Assembly: GCA_012719595.1 (NCBI GenBank)
Contig: JAAYAB010000052.1
Location: 1-55,434 of the forward strand
Source of the DNA: Bacillota bacterium
GTDB lineage: Bacteria; Bacillota; DTU014
Direction: 5' to 3'
DNA: 55,434 bases
Of this stretch, positions 35,266 through 44,547 are shown piece after piece. The notes under the pieces were generated by a model. It was not told where the DNA came from, did not search any database, and saw only the letters and a program-made list of their open reading frames with translations. The translations under genes and the position numbers were made by a program. Every line of letters starts with the position of its first letter. The stretch's first letter is position 1.

Positions 35266-35732
35266 CTTTGCTCCGACTCATCCTTGTCCCGCACGATATC
35301 CGTCGCGCGATCGATGAAGAGCACTCCATCCAGATGGTCGATCTCGTGCTGGATCACCCTTGCCAGAAACCCTTCAGCCTCGAGCAGCTGCATCTTTCCG
35401 TCGATGTCCAGGCTGTCTACGCATACCCGCTCCGCTCTAGGCACCTTGCCCGATACTCCCGGTATGCTCAAGCAGGCCTCGACATCTACGACACTCCCCG
35501 CGGAAGACGTCACCTTGGGATTGACGAGTATGATCGGGCCTTCTCCGATGTCTATCACTACTAGCCGAATATCCCGCCCTATCTGCGGCGCAGCCAGTCC
35601 TGCTCCCCTGGCCTTGTACATGGTCTCAAGCATATCCTCAGCGAGCCGCTTGATGCTCCTGTTCACTGTTGTGATCGGCCGCGCTTTCTTTCTCAGTATC
35701 TCCGAACCCTCTGTGCGGATTCTCAGCACCAC
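35262..35732 (-). CDS. def: peptide deformylase
   Basis: Motifs GAGLAAPQIG, EACLSIPG and QHEIDHLDG. Confidence 0.95.
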   Translation of the reverse strand: MVLRIRTEGSEILRKKARPITTVNRSIKRLAEDMLETMYKARGAGLAAPQIGRDIRLVVIDIGEGPIILVNPKVTSSAGSVVDVEACLSIPGVSGKVPRAERVCVDSLDIDGKMQLLEAEGFLARVIQHEIDHLDGVLFIDRATDIVRDKDESEQR

Positions 35733-35755
35733 CTATATCACTTCCTCGTCCTTGC

Positions 35756-38227
35756 TCACATCATATTCATCGGATCTACGGTGATACTCATTGCGACGCC
35801 CACCCGCTTCAGCCTCGGGACGACGTGTGTAATCACGTTCCGCAGCAACGGAATGGCGACAGACAGATCCGATCCTTTCAGCAAAACATACCACCTGTAC
35901 TGGTCCTTTACTCTGACCAAAACCGCAGGCGACGGCCCGAGGACTTCGATTGCGGGCGCTACATCTGTTAGTCTGTTCCTCAACAGCGCTGCCACCCGGT
36001 CGGCGGAGCGCATCACTACTCGCTCGTCTTTCCCATGGAGCAGGATCGCAGCCATCCTGGTGAACGGCGGATAGCACGCCTCTTTCCTGGCCTGGAGTTC
36101 CCTTTCGAAGAACCCCTCGTAGTCGCACTGCGAAGCCGCCAGTATGCTGTAATGGTCTGGGCAGTACGTCTGCACTATCACTTCGCCGCCCTGCATGCTC
36201 CGACCTGCCCGCCCAGCGACCTGGAGGATCAGTTGGAACGTCCTTTCCGCCGATCGGAAGTCTGGCAGGTTTAGCGACGTATCTGCGCTCACCACTCCAA
36301 CGAGACTCACATTCGGATAGTCGAGCCCCTTCGCCACCATCTGAGTGCCTACCAGCACCTTCGCAGCTCCAGAGCGAAAGCGCTCGAGGATCTCCATGTG
36401 AGAGTGCTTCCGCCTGGTAGTGTCCACATCGAGCCGTGCAATTTCAATGCCAGGGAAGTCAAGAGCCAGCTGGCGCTCTACCTTCTCCGTGCCGGCACCC
36501 AAAAACCTGATGACTCGGCCTTTGCACTTCGGGCACACGTCTGGCGGCCGCACGCTGAAGTCACAGTAATGACACCTCAGCGCCTGACGTGCAGAGTGAT
36601 AGGTCAGGGCGACATCGCAGTGCCGGCACCGCATCACATGGCCGCAATCCTTGCACAGGATAACCGTAGAATGCCCGCGGCGGTTCAGGAACAGAATGAC
36701 CTGTCCGCCTCTGCCGATATGGAGAGCTATGGCCTCCCTCAGCGCTTCGCTGAATATGGGTTGATCGCCGTCTTGGTGCTCCTCCTGTCTCATATCGACT
36801 ATGCGGACGGCCGGCATTTGGAAGCCGCACACCCTTGTGGGGAGACCGTACCGGTCTATGAGGCCCTGCTTGGCTCTGTAGTAGGTCTCAATGCTTGGTG
36901 TGGCGGAACCCAGTACCAGAACGGCATCGGAGAGCTCCGCTCTCTTCTCCGCCACCTCTCTTGCGTGGTATCTCGGAGATTCCTCCTGTTTGTATGCTGT
37001 CTCGTGTTCCTCATCGACTATGATGACGCCCAAGCGCGGCAACGGAGCGAACACCGCTGATCTGGCCCCGATCACTATTGAGGCCCGACCTTCTCGGATT
37101 CGATTCCACTCGTCGTACCTCTCACCCAAAGACAACCCGCTGTGCAGGACAGCGATATCGCAGCCGAACCTGGCGTTGAACCTCTCGACGATCTGTGATG
37201 TCAGCGCTATCTCAGGCACGAGGACAATAGCCTGCTTTCCCCTGCTCAGGGCTGCAGCCACCGCCCTCATGTACACCTCTGTCTTGCCGCTTCCGGTGAC
37301 TCCGTGGAGAAGTATGGTGCGCTTCGGGCCCTCGCGTTCGAACTCGCGAGTTATGGCTGCCACTGCTTCCGCCTGCTCCGCTGTCAGCTCGAACGGTTCA
37401 GCGGAAGTCGCAGTCTGGAGGTGTCTGACGCTCTCAAGAGGATCTCTCCTGACCTCAACTCGTTTCTTCTGCAGGACTCCCTTTTTGACGAGTGCGTCGA
37501 CCACCGACGATGTAACACCGGCCCGATCGGCCAATTCCTTGGTGCTCAGATCGCCCTGGACATTTTGGCTCAAGACTGCCAAGACAGCTTGCTGCTTCTC
37601 TGTAAGGACGGACGTGTCCGGCGAGATCTCCTCCGCGAGTTCCACCACCTGCTTAGTGACAGTGGATACCGTCGGATTGAGGCGCTCCGAACTCCGCTTC
37701 AGCAATCCCTTTGCCTCGAGCGAGGCTGCATGCCGAAGTATCCATTCCCGGCTGCCCAGCGAACTGAGGCCTGACACGAGAGCTCCTTCAGGCGGAAGCG
37801 CGCTCAGCAGCCGCCGCTCCGCACCGGTGAGGCGATGCTCGCCCAGACCAGCTGTTGGATCAACTGCGGGAGTCAGTCTCAGCTCGGTGCGATGCCGAGT
37901 GCCGGCCGGCAAGACGCACTGCAGTGCCTCCACCCTGAGGCACAGATATCTATCGCTAAGCCATTCGGCCAGCTGCAACTGATCATCTGTCAGGACTGGC
38001 GATGCGTCCACTACGTCCACGATCGGCTTGACGTCCTCAACATCCGTCTCGTCTACCAGGCCTACGACGTACCCCTCTACCTCACGGCTGCCGAACGGGA
38101 CCAAGACTCGCGAGCCGATGCGGACTAGACTCCTCAACTGCTCATCGACCGAGTAGTGGAAAGGCCTGTCCACTCGGGCCGCACTCACACTGACTATGAC
38201 CTCGGCGTATTGCGGCACTCCGCTCAC
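35756..38227 (-). CDS. priA: primosomal replication restart helicase PriA
   Basis: Motifs HGVTGSGKT and DEEHE, plus the Cys-rich zinc module CKDCGHVMRCRHCDVALTYH...CHYCDF...CPKC. 823 aa. Confidence 0.93.
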   Translation of the reverse strand: MSGVPQYAEVIVSVSAARVDRPFHYSVDEQLRSLVRIGSRVLVPFGSREVEGYVVGLVDETDVEDVKPIVDVVDASPVLTDDQLQLAEWLSDRYLCLRVEALQCVLPAGTRHRTELRLTPAVDPTAGLGEHRLTGAERRLLSALPPEGALVSGLSSLGSREWILRHAASLEAKGLLKRSSERLNPTVSTVTKQVVELAEEISPDTSVLTEKQQAVLAVLSQNVQGDLSTKELADRAGVTSSVVDALVKKGVLQKKRVEVRRDPLESVRHLQTATSAEPFELTAEQAEAVAAITREFEREGPKRTILLHGVTGSGKTEVYMRAVAAALSRGKQAIVLVPEIALTSQIVERFNARFGCDIAVLHSGLSLGERYDEWNRIREGRASIVIGARSAVFAPLPRLGVIIVDEEHETAYKQEESPRYHAREVAEKRAELSDAVLVLGSATPSIETYYRAKQGLIDRYGLPTRVCGFQMPAVRIVDMRQEEHQDGDQPIFSEALREAIALHIGRGGQVILFLNRRGHSTVILCKDCGHVMRCRHCDVALTYHSARQALRCHYCDFSVRPPDVCPKCKGRVIRFLGAGTEKVERQLALDFPGIEIARLDVDTTRRKHSHMEILERFRSGAAKVLVGTQMVAKGLDYPNVSLVGVVSADTSLNLPDFRSAERTFQLILQVAGRAGRSMQGGEVIVQTYCPDHYSILAASQCDYEGFFERELQARKEACYPPFTRMAAILLHGKDERVVMRSADRVAALLRNRLTDVAPAIEVLGPSPAVLVRVKDQYRWYVLLKGSDLSVAIPLLRNVITHVVPRLKRVGVAMSITVDPMNMM

Positions 38228-38353
38228 TCTCCCGAGATCATTATATCAGATGAGACGGGATATCAGGTGAGGCTGAGACAGCTGAAGCACAACAACTTCG
38301 GATGGCCGGGGAATTCGTGGAAAGAGATCTCCCAGTGAAGGCTGAACTGAAGC

Positions 38354-38653
38354 TTAGGACGCAGGCGCCGTAGGTTTGAAATAGAACCGGACCTCGAGGA
38401 TTCCCTTCCGATCGACCAGGCCGATCTTGGCGAGGCTCAGCCCGCTGAGGTCAACTTCCGACCTGAGAACGTTGTAGAGCCTCCGGATCTCCTCGAGAAG
38501 CACTTCTCTCGAGCGGGGGACCACACAGAACCGCCGCCACGAAACGAGCTGATCGACGGCCTCCCCGGCTCGGCTCGATGCGTCTGGATTCGGCTCGCTC
38601 TGGCGGCTGCGCGGGTGCCGCGGCGATCGGCCATAGACAGTGCCTATACCCAT
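38354..38653 (-). CDS. hypothetical protein (99 aa from ATG 38653; ORF open to 38743)
   Basis: The only sizeable minus-strand ORF in the 527-nt gap between yqeG and priA. ATG 38653 sits 8 nt after GGGGAG. The C-terminal half looks protein-like (EVLLEEIRRLYNVLRSEVDLSGLSLAKIGLVDRKGILEVRFYF). I recognise no family. Confidence 0.35.
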   Translation of the reverse strand: MGIGTVYGRSPRHPRSRQSEPNPDASSRAGEAVDQLVSWRRFCVVPRSREVLLEEIRRLYNVLRSEVDLSGLSLAKIGLVDRKGILEVRFYFKPTAPAS

Positions 38654-38754
38654 ATGTCCAACTCCCCAAGTCCGTCTTTGCGTCTGGCAGTATGCGGTTC
38701 GGCTGGAGTTTTCCATGCCAGGCATGTACCATACTATGACCAATACAACGCGGA

Positions 38755-39327
38755 TTATTCCATCTTATGTCTGTTCTCTGGCACCACCCCAGGTTGTCCG
38801 CTCGCACGTCTCGGCACAGACCGCCAGCCCTCTCGGGCCAGGCCGAGCCGCACGCGAGCGACACTCTCGAGCAGCCGAAACAGTTTCGTCGTGGCGAACT
38901 CTCTACTTGAGATAGGATCCACAAGAATGGTGTAGAGACCTGCGAGATTGCCCCCGAGAATATCGGTGAACAGCTGGTCCCCTATCAGCGCCGTCTCCCT
39001 CGACTCGGTCCCGAGTATCTCCAGTGCCTTCGCATACGCACGTCTGAACGGTTTCAGCGCTCCAGAGGCTGCGGGAATGCCGAGCTTTCTTGATATTGCA
39101 GCGACCCTGCCCCCAAGGTTGTTCGACACGATGCACATCTTGAGGCCGAGCCGCCGCAAGTGGTCGACCTTTGACATTAGCTCCTCGCTGATCGAATCGT
39201 CCCCCCAGGCGACCAGCGTATTGTCCAGATCAAGGATAATGCCTCGAATGCCCATCTCGACCAGTTGATCGAAATCGACATCGTAAAGACTCCTGAAGTA
39301 CTGGTCCGGCCTCAATAAGTCTAGCAT
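38755..39327 (-). CDS. yqeG: YqeG-family HAD-IIIA phosphatase
   Basis: Motifs ILDLDNTLV, SNN and GDQLFTDILGGN. The N-terminus from ATG 39327 aligns with B. subtilis YqeG as I recall it. The ORF is open to 39450. Confidence 0.8.
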   Translation of the reverse strand: MLDLLRPDQYFRSLYDVDFDQLVEMGIRGIILDLDNTLVAWGDDSISEELMSKVDHLRRLGLKMCIVSNNLGGRVAAISRKLGIPAASGALKPFRRAYAKALEILGTESRETALIGDQLFTDILGGNLAGLYTILVDPISSREFATTKLFRLLESVARVRLGLAREGWRSVPRRASGQPGVVPENRHKME

Positions 39328-39458
39328 CGGCTCCTGCTCCATCTCCGGACATGCGATAGCATTTGCTGACTGGATCGCCCGGCGTACCGGAATTATACCA
39401 TACAACCTCAGGATCTCGCACCGCGTTCTACCAGCAGCCCCCGCGTTCATCGCGCAGT

Positions 39459-40169
39459 CTACCAGTATCCCTCCGCATTCATCGCCCTGAGAAGCTTGGA
39501 GATCGCCCGTTTCTCTATGCGCGACACGTATGACCTCGAGATCTTGAGTGCGCTCGCTATCTCTCTCTGTGTCTGCGATTCTGAGTCCGAGAGCCCATAC
39601 CGCATCTCAATAACCTTTCTCTCCCTCGGAGTGAGGCACTTCAGTTTCTCCCTCAGTTTCTCCTCCTCAAACCGGCTTTCCACCGCCTCAGCCACCAGCT
39701 GGTCCTTGGCCTCGAGGATGTCCATGAGGTTGATCTCGTTGCCCTCTCGATCCGATCCGATGGGCTCGTGCAGCATCGCTTCGCTCTTGATCCGCTTCGT
39801 CGCCCTGAGATACATCAGGATCTCGTTCTCGATGCAGCGGGCGGCGTAAGTTGCCAGCCGAGTGTTCTTATCCATGTCGAAGGTCCGTATGGCTTTGATG
39901 AGGCCTATGGTCCCTATGGAGATGAGGTCCTCTACGCTCTCTCCGGTATTCTCGAACTTCTTGACTATGTGCGCTACCAGCCGCAGGTTGCGCTCAATCA
40001 GGGTGTTTCTGGCTTCATCATCCCCTTCATCTCTCCTTTTGAGGTACTCCCTCTCTTCATCTTCTGTCAGAGGCTTAGGAAACGCATGACTCCCAGTGAT
40101 GTACGATACAAGGAGCGATACTCCCCTGAGGACCAGTGCGGCCAGCCCAGCCACCGCTGCAAGCAGCAT
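39459..40169 (-). CDS. sigK: sporulation sigma factor SigK (pro-sigma-K, uninterrupted)
   Basis: Pro-sequence-like N-terminus LLVSYITGSHAFPKPLTEDEE. Core motifs RNLRLVAHIVKKFENTGE, DLISIGTIGLIKA, ATYAARCIENEILM and SRSYVSRIEKRA. Closer to B. subtilis SigK than SigE in region 2. Confidence 0.85.
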   Translation of the reverse strand: MLLAAVAGLAALVLRGVSLLVSYITGSHAFPKPLTEDEEREYLKRRDEGDDEARNTLIERNLRLVAHIVKKFENTGESVEDLISIGTIGLIKAIRTFDMDKNTRLATYAARCIENEILMYLRATKRIKSEAMLHEPIGSDREGNEINLMDILEAKDQLVAEAVESRFEEEKLREKLKCLTPRERKVIEMRYGLSDSESQTQREIASALKISRSYVSRIEKRAISKLLRAMNAEGYW

Positions 40170-40204
40170 CCGATCTCCTCCCCAGCGACGACAGACTCAC
40201 TGGT

Positions 40205-40232
40205 TATTGTATGAGTCGAAATGCTCCCGCGT
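40205..40232 (-). promoter_or_regulatory. mother-cell-type (sigma-K / sigma-E-like) promoter for sigK
   Basis: Minus strand reads AC (40232-40231), 17 nt, then CATACAATA (40213-40205). This matches the sigma-K consensus AC-17-CATAnnnTA and the sigma-E -10 CATACAAT. It sits 36 nt upstream of the ATG, with a GGAGGAG RBS. Confidence 0.5.
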
Positions 40233-40353
40233 GCACGTACAGCGGCAATAGGGCGAATTGACGCACGGCAGTGCGCTGCCGCATGGCAGGAGACCGCGTC
40301 GTGGCTCGGAATTGCGACACGGCTGCCTACCGCGCAACGACAACGGCCGCCCC

Positions 40354-41427
40354 TTAGTCGCCTCTGAGCTGCCTAAGGTTTTCTGCAGCAGCCAGGTGCT
40401 CCGGATACTCTACGGAAAACACGTGACCGCCTGACCCGTCAGCTACAAAGAACATGTAAGGGGTATCTGCAGGGTTTGCCGCGGCAGCAAGGGAAGGCAG
40501 GCCCGGGTTGGCTACGGGGCCGGGCGGCAACCCTCTGTAGAGGTAGGTGTTGTATGGAGAGTCCACAGCAAGATCCGCACGGGTCAGAGTGCGACCGGGT
40601 TCTCCGAGCACATATTGAACAGTCGCACAAGACTGAAGTGGAATGCCTGACGCCAGGCGGTTGTGGAAGACCGACGAGACCAGGGGCCGCTCGGAATCCC
40701 GCGCCGCCTCCCGCTCAATGATTGACGCAAGCGTCACCAGCTCGTGAACGGTGAACTTGGACGCCATGAGGCCGGACAGTGCAGGAAGCGCCTTCTCACG
40801 GAACCTGTTCACCATCATGGAGATCAGCCGTCTGACTGGGAGTCCTTCCGAAACGAAGTAGGTGTCGGGAAAGAGATAACCCTCAAGCGATGAGGTTGGG
40901 GGGCGGAAACCAAGCACATGCGCATAGTCGGCTGCCGAGCTCAGCGCCTCGTCGACAAACGCCTGGGCGTCGGCAAGCCCCTTGCTCTCCAGCAGACTGG
41001 CGATTTGCTCAATTCCGTACCCTTCGGGAATCGTGACCCGTACTTGGTAGACCTCTCCCCTGGCGAGGGTGTCTATCAGAGCAACCAGTGTCTGATCGCT
41101 CCGCAGTCTGTAGTGTCCGGACTTGAGCGTCCTGTGCACCCCTCGGACACGGGCGACTGCCGCAAAAAGCACGGGGTCTCTGATGAGCCCCGCTTCATGC
41201 AGCGCAAGCCCGATCTGGGCAGATGACATGCCCTCGCTCACATACACGTCCACCGTCTCCGGGTCAGAGAGAAGATCGGGCGGCGACAACACCACCGCGG
41301 CTATGACGATGGACACCAGAACAGCTATACACAACGTTCTGACTATTCTCAACCGTGCTTCAGCTGCCGGAAAGATGCCGGTCAGCCGGCGCAGCACAGG
41401 ATCGGGGATGAATCTCTGGAGCATCAT
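40354..41427 (-). CDS. mltG: endolytic murein transglycosylase MltG (YceG-like)
   Basis: N-terminal TM helix and YceG motifs EGYLFPDTY, ASIIEREA, LQSCATVQY and SPYNTYLYRGLPPGPVANPG. ATG 41427 follows GGGAGGAGA. Confidence 0.9.
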   Translation of the reverse strand: MMLQRFIPDPVLRRLTGIFPAAEARLRIVRTLCIAVLVSIVIAAVVLSPPDLLSDPETVDVYVSEGMSSAQIGLALHEAGLIRDPVLFAAVARVRGVHRTLKSGHYRLRSDQTLVALIDTLARGEVYQVRVTIPEGYGIEQIASLLESKGLADAQAFVDEALSSAADYAHVLGFRPPTSSLEGYLFPDTYFVSEGLPVRRLISMMVNRFREKALPALSGLMASKFTVHELVTLASIIEREAARDSERPLVSSVFHNRLASGIPLQSCATVQYVLGEPGRTLTRADLAVDSPYNTYLYRGLPPGPVANPGLPSLAAAANPADTPYMFFVADGSGGHVFSVEYPEHLAAAENLRQLRGD

Positions 41428-41432
41428 TAGAC

Positions 41433-41855
41433 TCAGTCTCCTCCCGATCTCCTGCTCTCCAAGTATGACTGGAGGACCAGACACGCAGCAGTCATGTCAA
41501 CCACCTTCCGCTTCTTCCGCCAGCCCATCCCAGCCTCGTCGAGAGCCCTTTCGGCCGCCATCGTCGACAGGCGTTCGTCCCACAGATTCACCTCAAGCCC
41601 GGTCGCCTCGCGGAGCCTCGAAGCGAACTCAGCCACCTTCTCCGCCTGAGGGCCAGGAGTCCCGTTCATGTTCACCGGGAGTCCGCACACGATGGCGGAT
41701 GCGCCAAGCTCCGCCGCGAGGCTTGCTATCCGCTTCACATCCCTGTCAGGAGAAACGCGTTCGATCACGCAGACTCCCTGGGCAGTCCAGCCCATCGGAT
41801 CGCTCACCGCGACGCCAATGCGCCGATCGCCGACGTCCAGGCAGAGGACTCGCAA
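41433..41855 (-). CDS. ruvX: Holliday-junction resolvase-like nuclease RuvX (YqgF)
   Basis: Motifs LCLDVGDRRIGVAVSD, GLPVNMNGT and DERLST. TTG 41855 sits 6 nt after GGGAGGG. Confidence 0.9.
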   Translation of the reverse strand: MRVLCLDVGDRRIGVAVSDPMGWTAQGVCVIERVSPDRDVKRIASLAAELGASAIVCGLPVNMNGTPGPQAEKVAEFASRLREATGLEVNLWDERLSTMAAERALDEAGMGWRKKRKVVDMTAACLVLQSYLESRRSGGD

Positions 41856-41870
41856 CTTGATCCCTCCCAC

Positions 41871-42818
41871 TCAGTAGACCTTCAAGCAGAAAAGCGGGCA
41901 GACCGCCGCACAGTAGCCGCAGACGACGCACCTAGCAGGGTCAACTGTCGCCTTTCCGTCTACGATGCTGACCGCCCTGTGATTGCACCGGGCGACACAC
42001 TTCCCGCATCCCTCGCACCACTCTGCGACGTGCAGAGCCTTATGGCCCGCCAGTTCCGATATAATAGCGTCTTCGATCGGTCGCCCCTCGCAGACCGCTA
42101 CGTTGAGTTCGAGCTCCTGCTCGCTGGCGATTCCGACGGCAACAGAGTCTACCGCTTCGCAGCTCAACACATAACTGAGGGAGCGCGCCGAATCTGCTGC
42201 CAGATGCCCTCCGCCCAATGCCTTCATGCAGTAGATCCCTTTGCCCATCTCGCGGGCGTACTCGATCGCGTCCCTCATGTCTTCCGCAGTCCCATCGAGT
42301 ATTCCAATGCCCTTCCGATTGTAGATCGGATGGATGACATCGACCGACGGGTGCAATGCGCATGCGCGAACCACATCGACATAGTGAGTGGATACTCCCA
42401 CGGCCCTTACAAGGCCTCTCCGCTTCAGGTCCACCAGGCGATCGAGAGCGGGGGCGTGACCGCGCAGCGTAAGGCGGCTCTCCTGTTCATGGAGAAGGAA
42501 CAGGTCGAGGTAGGCTGTGTCGAGGCTGGACAGGACCCCCACGACGGTCTTCTCCATTGCATCGTATTCGAAGTCATAGGACTTCGAAGCGATGACGACA
42601 TCCTCGCGCCGCAAACCCCTCAGGAACTCCCGCAGCAAATCATCCGTGTCGTACAGGACCGCCGTGTCTATGAAGTTCACACCCATTCCCAGAGCCTTTC
42701 TCAGCAGCCTCGCTGCGGCCTCTGGGTCCAGTGCGAGCTGAAGCGGGCTCACCGTCAGAAGGCCGAAGCACAACCGCGAGACCAGTATGCCGGTCCGGCC
42801 AAGCTGTCTATACTCCAC
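41871..42818 (-). CDS. aldo/keto reductase fused to a C-terminal 2x[4Fe-4S] ferredoxin-like domain
   Basis: AKR N-terminus MEYRQLGRTGILVSRLCFG and NFIDTA. The C-terminus has CEGCGKCVARC and CVVCGYCAAVCP. Confidence 0.85.
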   Translation of the reverse strand: MEYRQLGRTGILVSRLCFGLLTVSPLQLALDPEAAARLLRKALGMGVNFIDTAVLYDTDDLLREFLRGLRREDVVIASKSYDFEYDAMEKTVVGVLSSLDTAYLDLFLLHEQESRLTLRGHAPALDRLVDLKRRGLVRAVGVSTHYVDVVRACALHPSVDVIHPIYNRKGIGILDGTAEDMRDAIEYAREMGKGIYCMKALGGGHLAADSARSLSYVLSCEAVDSVAVGIASEQELELNVAVCEGRPIEDAIISELAGHKALHVAEWCEGCGKCVARCNHRAVSIVDGKATVDPARCVVCGYCAAVCPLFCLKVY

Positions 42819-44415
42819 CTGTGTCAGTCTCCCGGTTGACCTCGATCTCTGCGGGCCCAGCCACAGTTACGTCTATCAACTGCGACCATCGCGGGAATCT
42901 GTCAATGTACCGGTCCACCGCGAACTCCGCAAGTTCGCCCGATTCGAGCAATCTCTGTCTGGCCTCTTCGACTCTCACCCCTGCCAGAGCAGCGGCCACC
43001 AGTCGCTCGTCTATGTCCGCTACGAAGGTCGCATTCACGTCGACCGATATGGCGACGATTCCGCTGCTGAGCTTGGCGCAGCTCAGGGAGTCAATCTGAA
43101 GCTGATCGGCAAGGAGGCGGAATCCATCCCCCATTGCCGCAGACAGCTTGTCCTCTATGGCAGCACTCAGGTCGCGGAAATGTACTGTCGCCAGATCGAC
43201 TCTTCCCTCGATATCGATCGATACGCGGTCGGATTCCATCGATACATCGGGATATATCCTCGAAGACTTGACGTGCAGCTCCAGAGTAGGCAGCAAGAGA
43301 TAGCGGTCAATGCCAGCCAGCTTGCGGAGTCTGGCAGCCCCATCTTGGAGCATGTAACTCTCACTGATCTCTATCAGCCGTTCGACGTCGGCCTGTGCGA
43401 CCACACGGGTCACTCTGTCTCTTCCGCCTCTGAACTCGTTTTCGTTGACCACCTGGAGCTTGCCGGCCAGAGGCCCCTTTATTGCCGTAATGGACTGAGC
43501 CGGAACGTTGCCTTCACTCCCCGGATTGCTGGCAGAAGCTGCTACCACAGCGGTTCCGTTCGTCTCGCCCACCTTGATGCCGGCTCTAGTTGTGATGGTC
43601 TTCGCACCGACCACCACGTCGTTCACGGTTTCAAACTCGATGCCATCCGACGTGGTCAACTTCGTTCTCGCAGGAACCGTGATCGGGTCGAGACTGCTGT
43701 TGATCAGGAGGACCTCGCCCACGGCCGGAGCGATCCCCTCGCGGCGCTCGCCTGTGGTCGGGATCTCCATCGAGTGCTCAACGTCCACAGAGAGCACCTC
43801 GGATGGAACAGTGATCCCGATCGTAACGTCTGCAGCGCTGGGTCGCCTCCCCGTCGGATCGGCTGCGATTATGACGGTCTCAGTGATCCTGACTGTGGCC
43901 GGAACCACAGTTACCACGACTCGCAGGCTGAGGACATACACAAGCAAGACGCCTACCGTCACCAAGGCGAGTGCTGCGACTACTATCAGCGCCCTCGGCG
44001 GCAACCCTCCCTTGCTGCCCGCCAAGCGGCGTCCGTTTCGGACGCCGCCTGCGCCCTCGAAGCGCTCGCCCGACGGCGCTTCACCCGCGCCCTCTTCTTG
44101 ATCTTGCGGAACCGCAGGCTCCTCAACGCCGTCGCCCGGCTGCAGTGGCTTCTGTTCCGGCAATTCACTCAATACATCGACTCCGAGCTGGGTGGCAAGA
44201 GCAGTCACCACCGGATCGCGGGTGATGACAGTGATTCGCTTCCCAACGTCGCGTGCGAAATGAAGGACGAGCCTGAAGTCTGTCTCGCTCTTAAGTTGAT
44301 CCGAAAACCGCGCGTCGATGACCACTGAGTCCGAGACAGACGTCCTAATGTCCTCCACCAGTGAAGATATAGGATAGCCATGCGTGAGAACCAGGATCCT
44401 GGGCTCACCGTCCAC
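42808..44415 (-). CDS. uncharacterised single-pass membrane protein: ~85-aa cytoplasmic N-domain, acidic/Gly linker, TM helix, ~370-aa extracytoplasmic domain
   Basis: 535-aa ORF with TM helix ALIVVAALALVTVGVLLVYVLSL. The N-domain ILVLTHGYP...GKRITVITRDPVVTALATQLGVDV resembles proteins often auto-annotated as baseplate J-like, from memory and unverified. GTG start follows GGGGGAG. Confidence 0.6.
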   Translation of the reverse strand: MDGEPRILVLTHGYPISSLVEDIRTSVSDSVVIDARFSDQLKSETDFRLVLHFARDVGKRITVITRDPVVTALATQLGVDVLSELPEQKPLQPGDGVEEPAVPQDQEEGAGEAPSGERFEGAGGVRNGRRLAGSKGGLPPRALIVVAALALVTVGVLLVYVLSLRVVVTVVPATVRITETVIIAADPTGRRPSAADVTIGITVPSEVLSVDVEHSMEIPTTGERREGIAPAVGEVLLINSSLDPITVPARTKLTTSDGIEFETVNDVVVGAKTITTRAGIKVGETNGTAVVAASASNPGSEGNVPAQSITAIKGPLAGKLQVVNENEFRGGRDRVTRVVAQADVERLIEISESYMLQDGAARLRKLAGIDRYLLLPTLELHVKSSRIYPDVSMESDRVSIDIEGRVDLATVHFRDLSAAIEDKLSAAMGDGFRLLADQLQIDSLSCAKLSSGIVAISVDVNATFVADIDERLVAAALAGVRVEEARQRLLESGELAEFAVDRYIDRFPRWSQLIDVTVAGPAEIEVNRETDTGGV

Positions 44416-44446
44416 TGTCCATCACTCCCCCAGCCGCACCCGCATT

Positions 44447-44486
44447 AAGACAAAGGCGGACCCTCTCGCTCTGCTGCTGGTCCGCC
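44447..44486 (-). terminator. intrinsic terminator candidate downstream of ireB
   Basis: Perfect 8-bp GC-rich stem GGCGGACC (44486-44479) / GGUCCGCC (44462-44455) with a 16-nt loop, followed by UUUGUCUU. Confidence 0.55.
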
Positions 44487-44547
44487 ATGTTCACTCATCA
44501 TGTTCGGCTTCAATATCTCATCGCCGGCTGTCCGCCGGCATGAGTCG

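Noticed and set aside
39459-40169. A skin-like intervening element or split sigK.
   Set aside because: The ORF is continuous through all sigma regions 2-4, and no recombinase gene is nearby.
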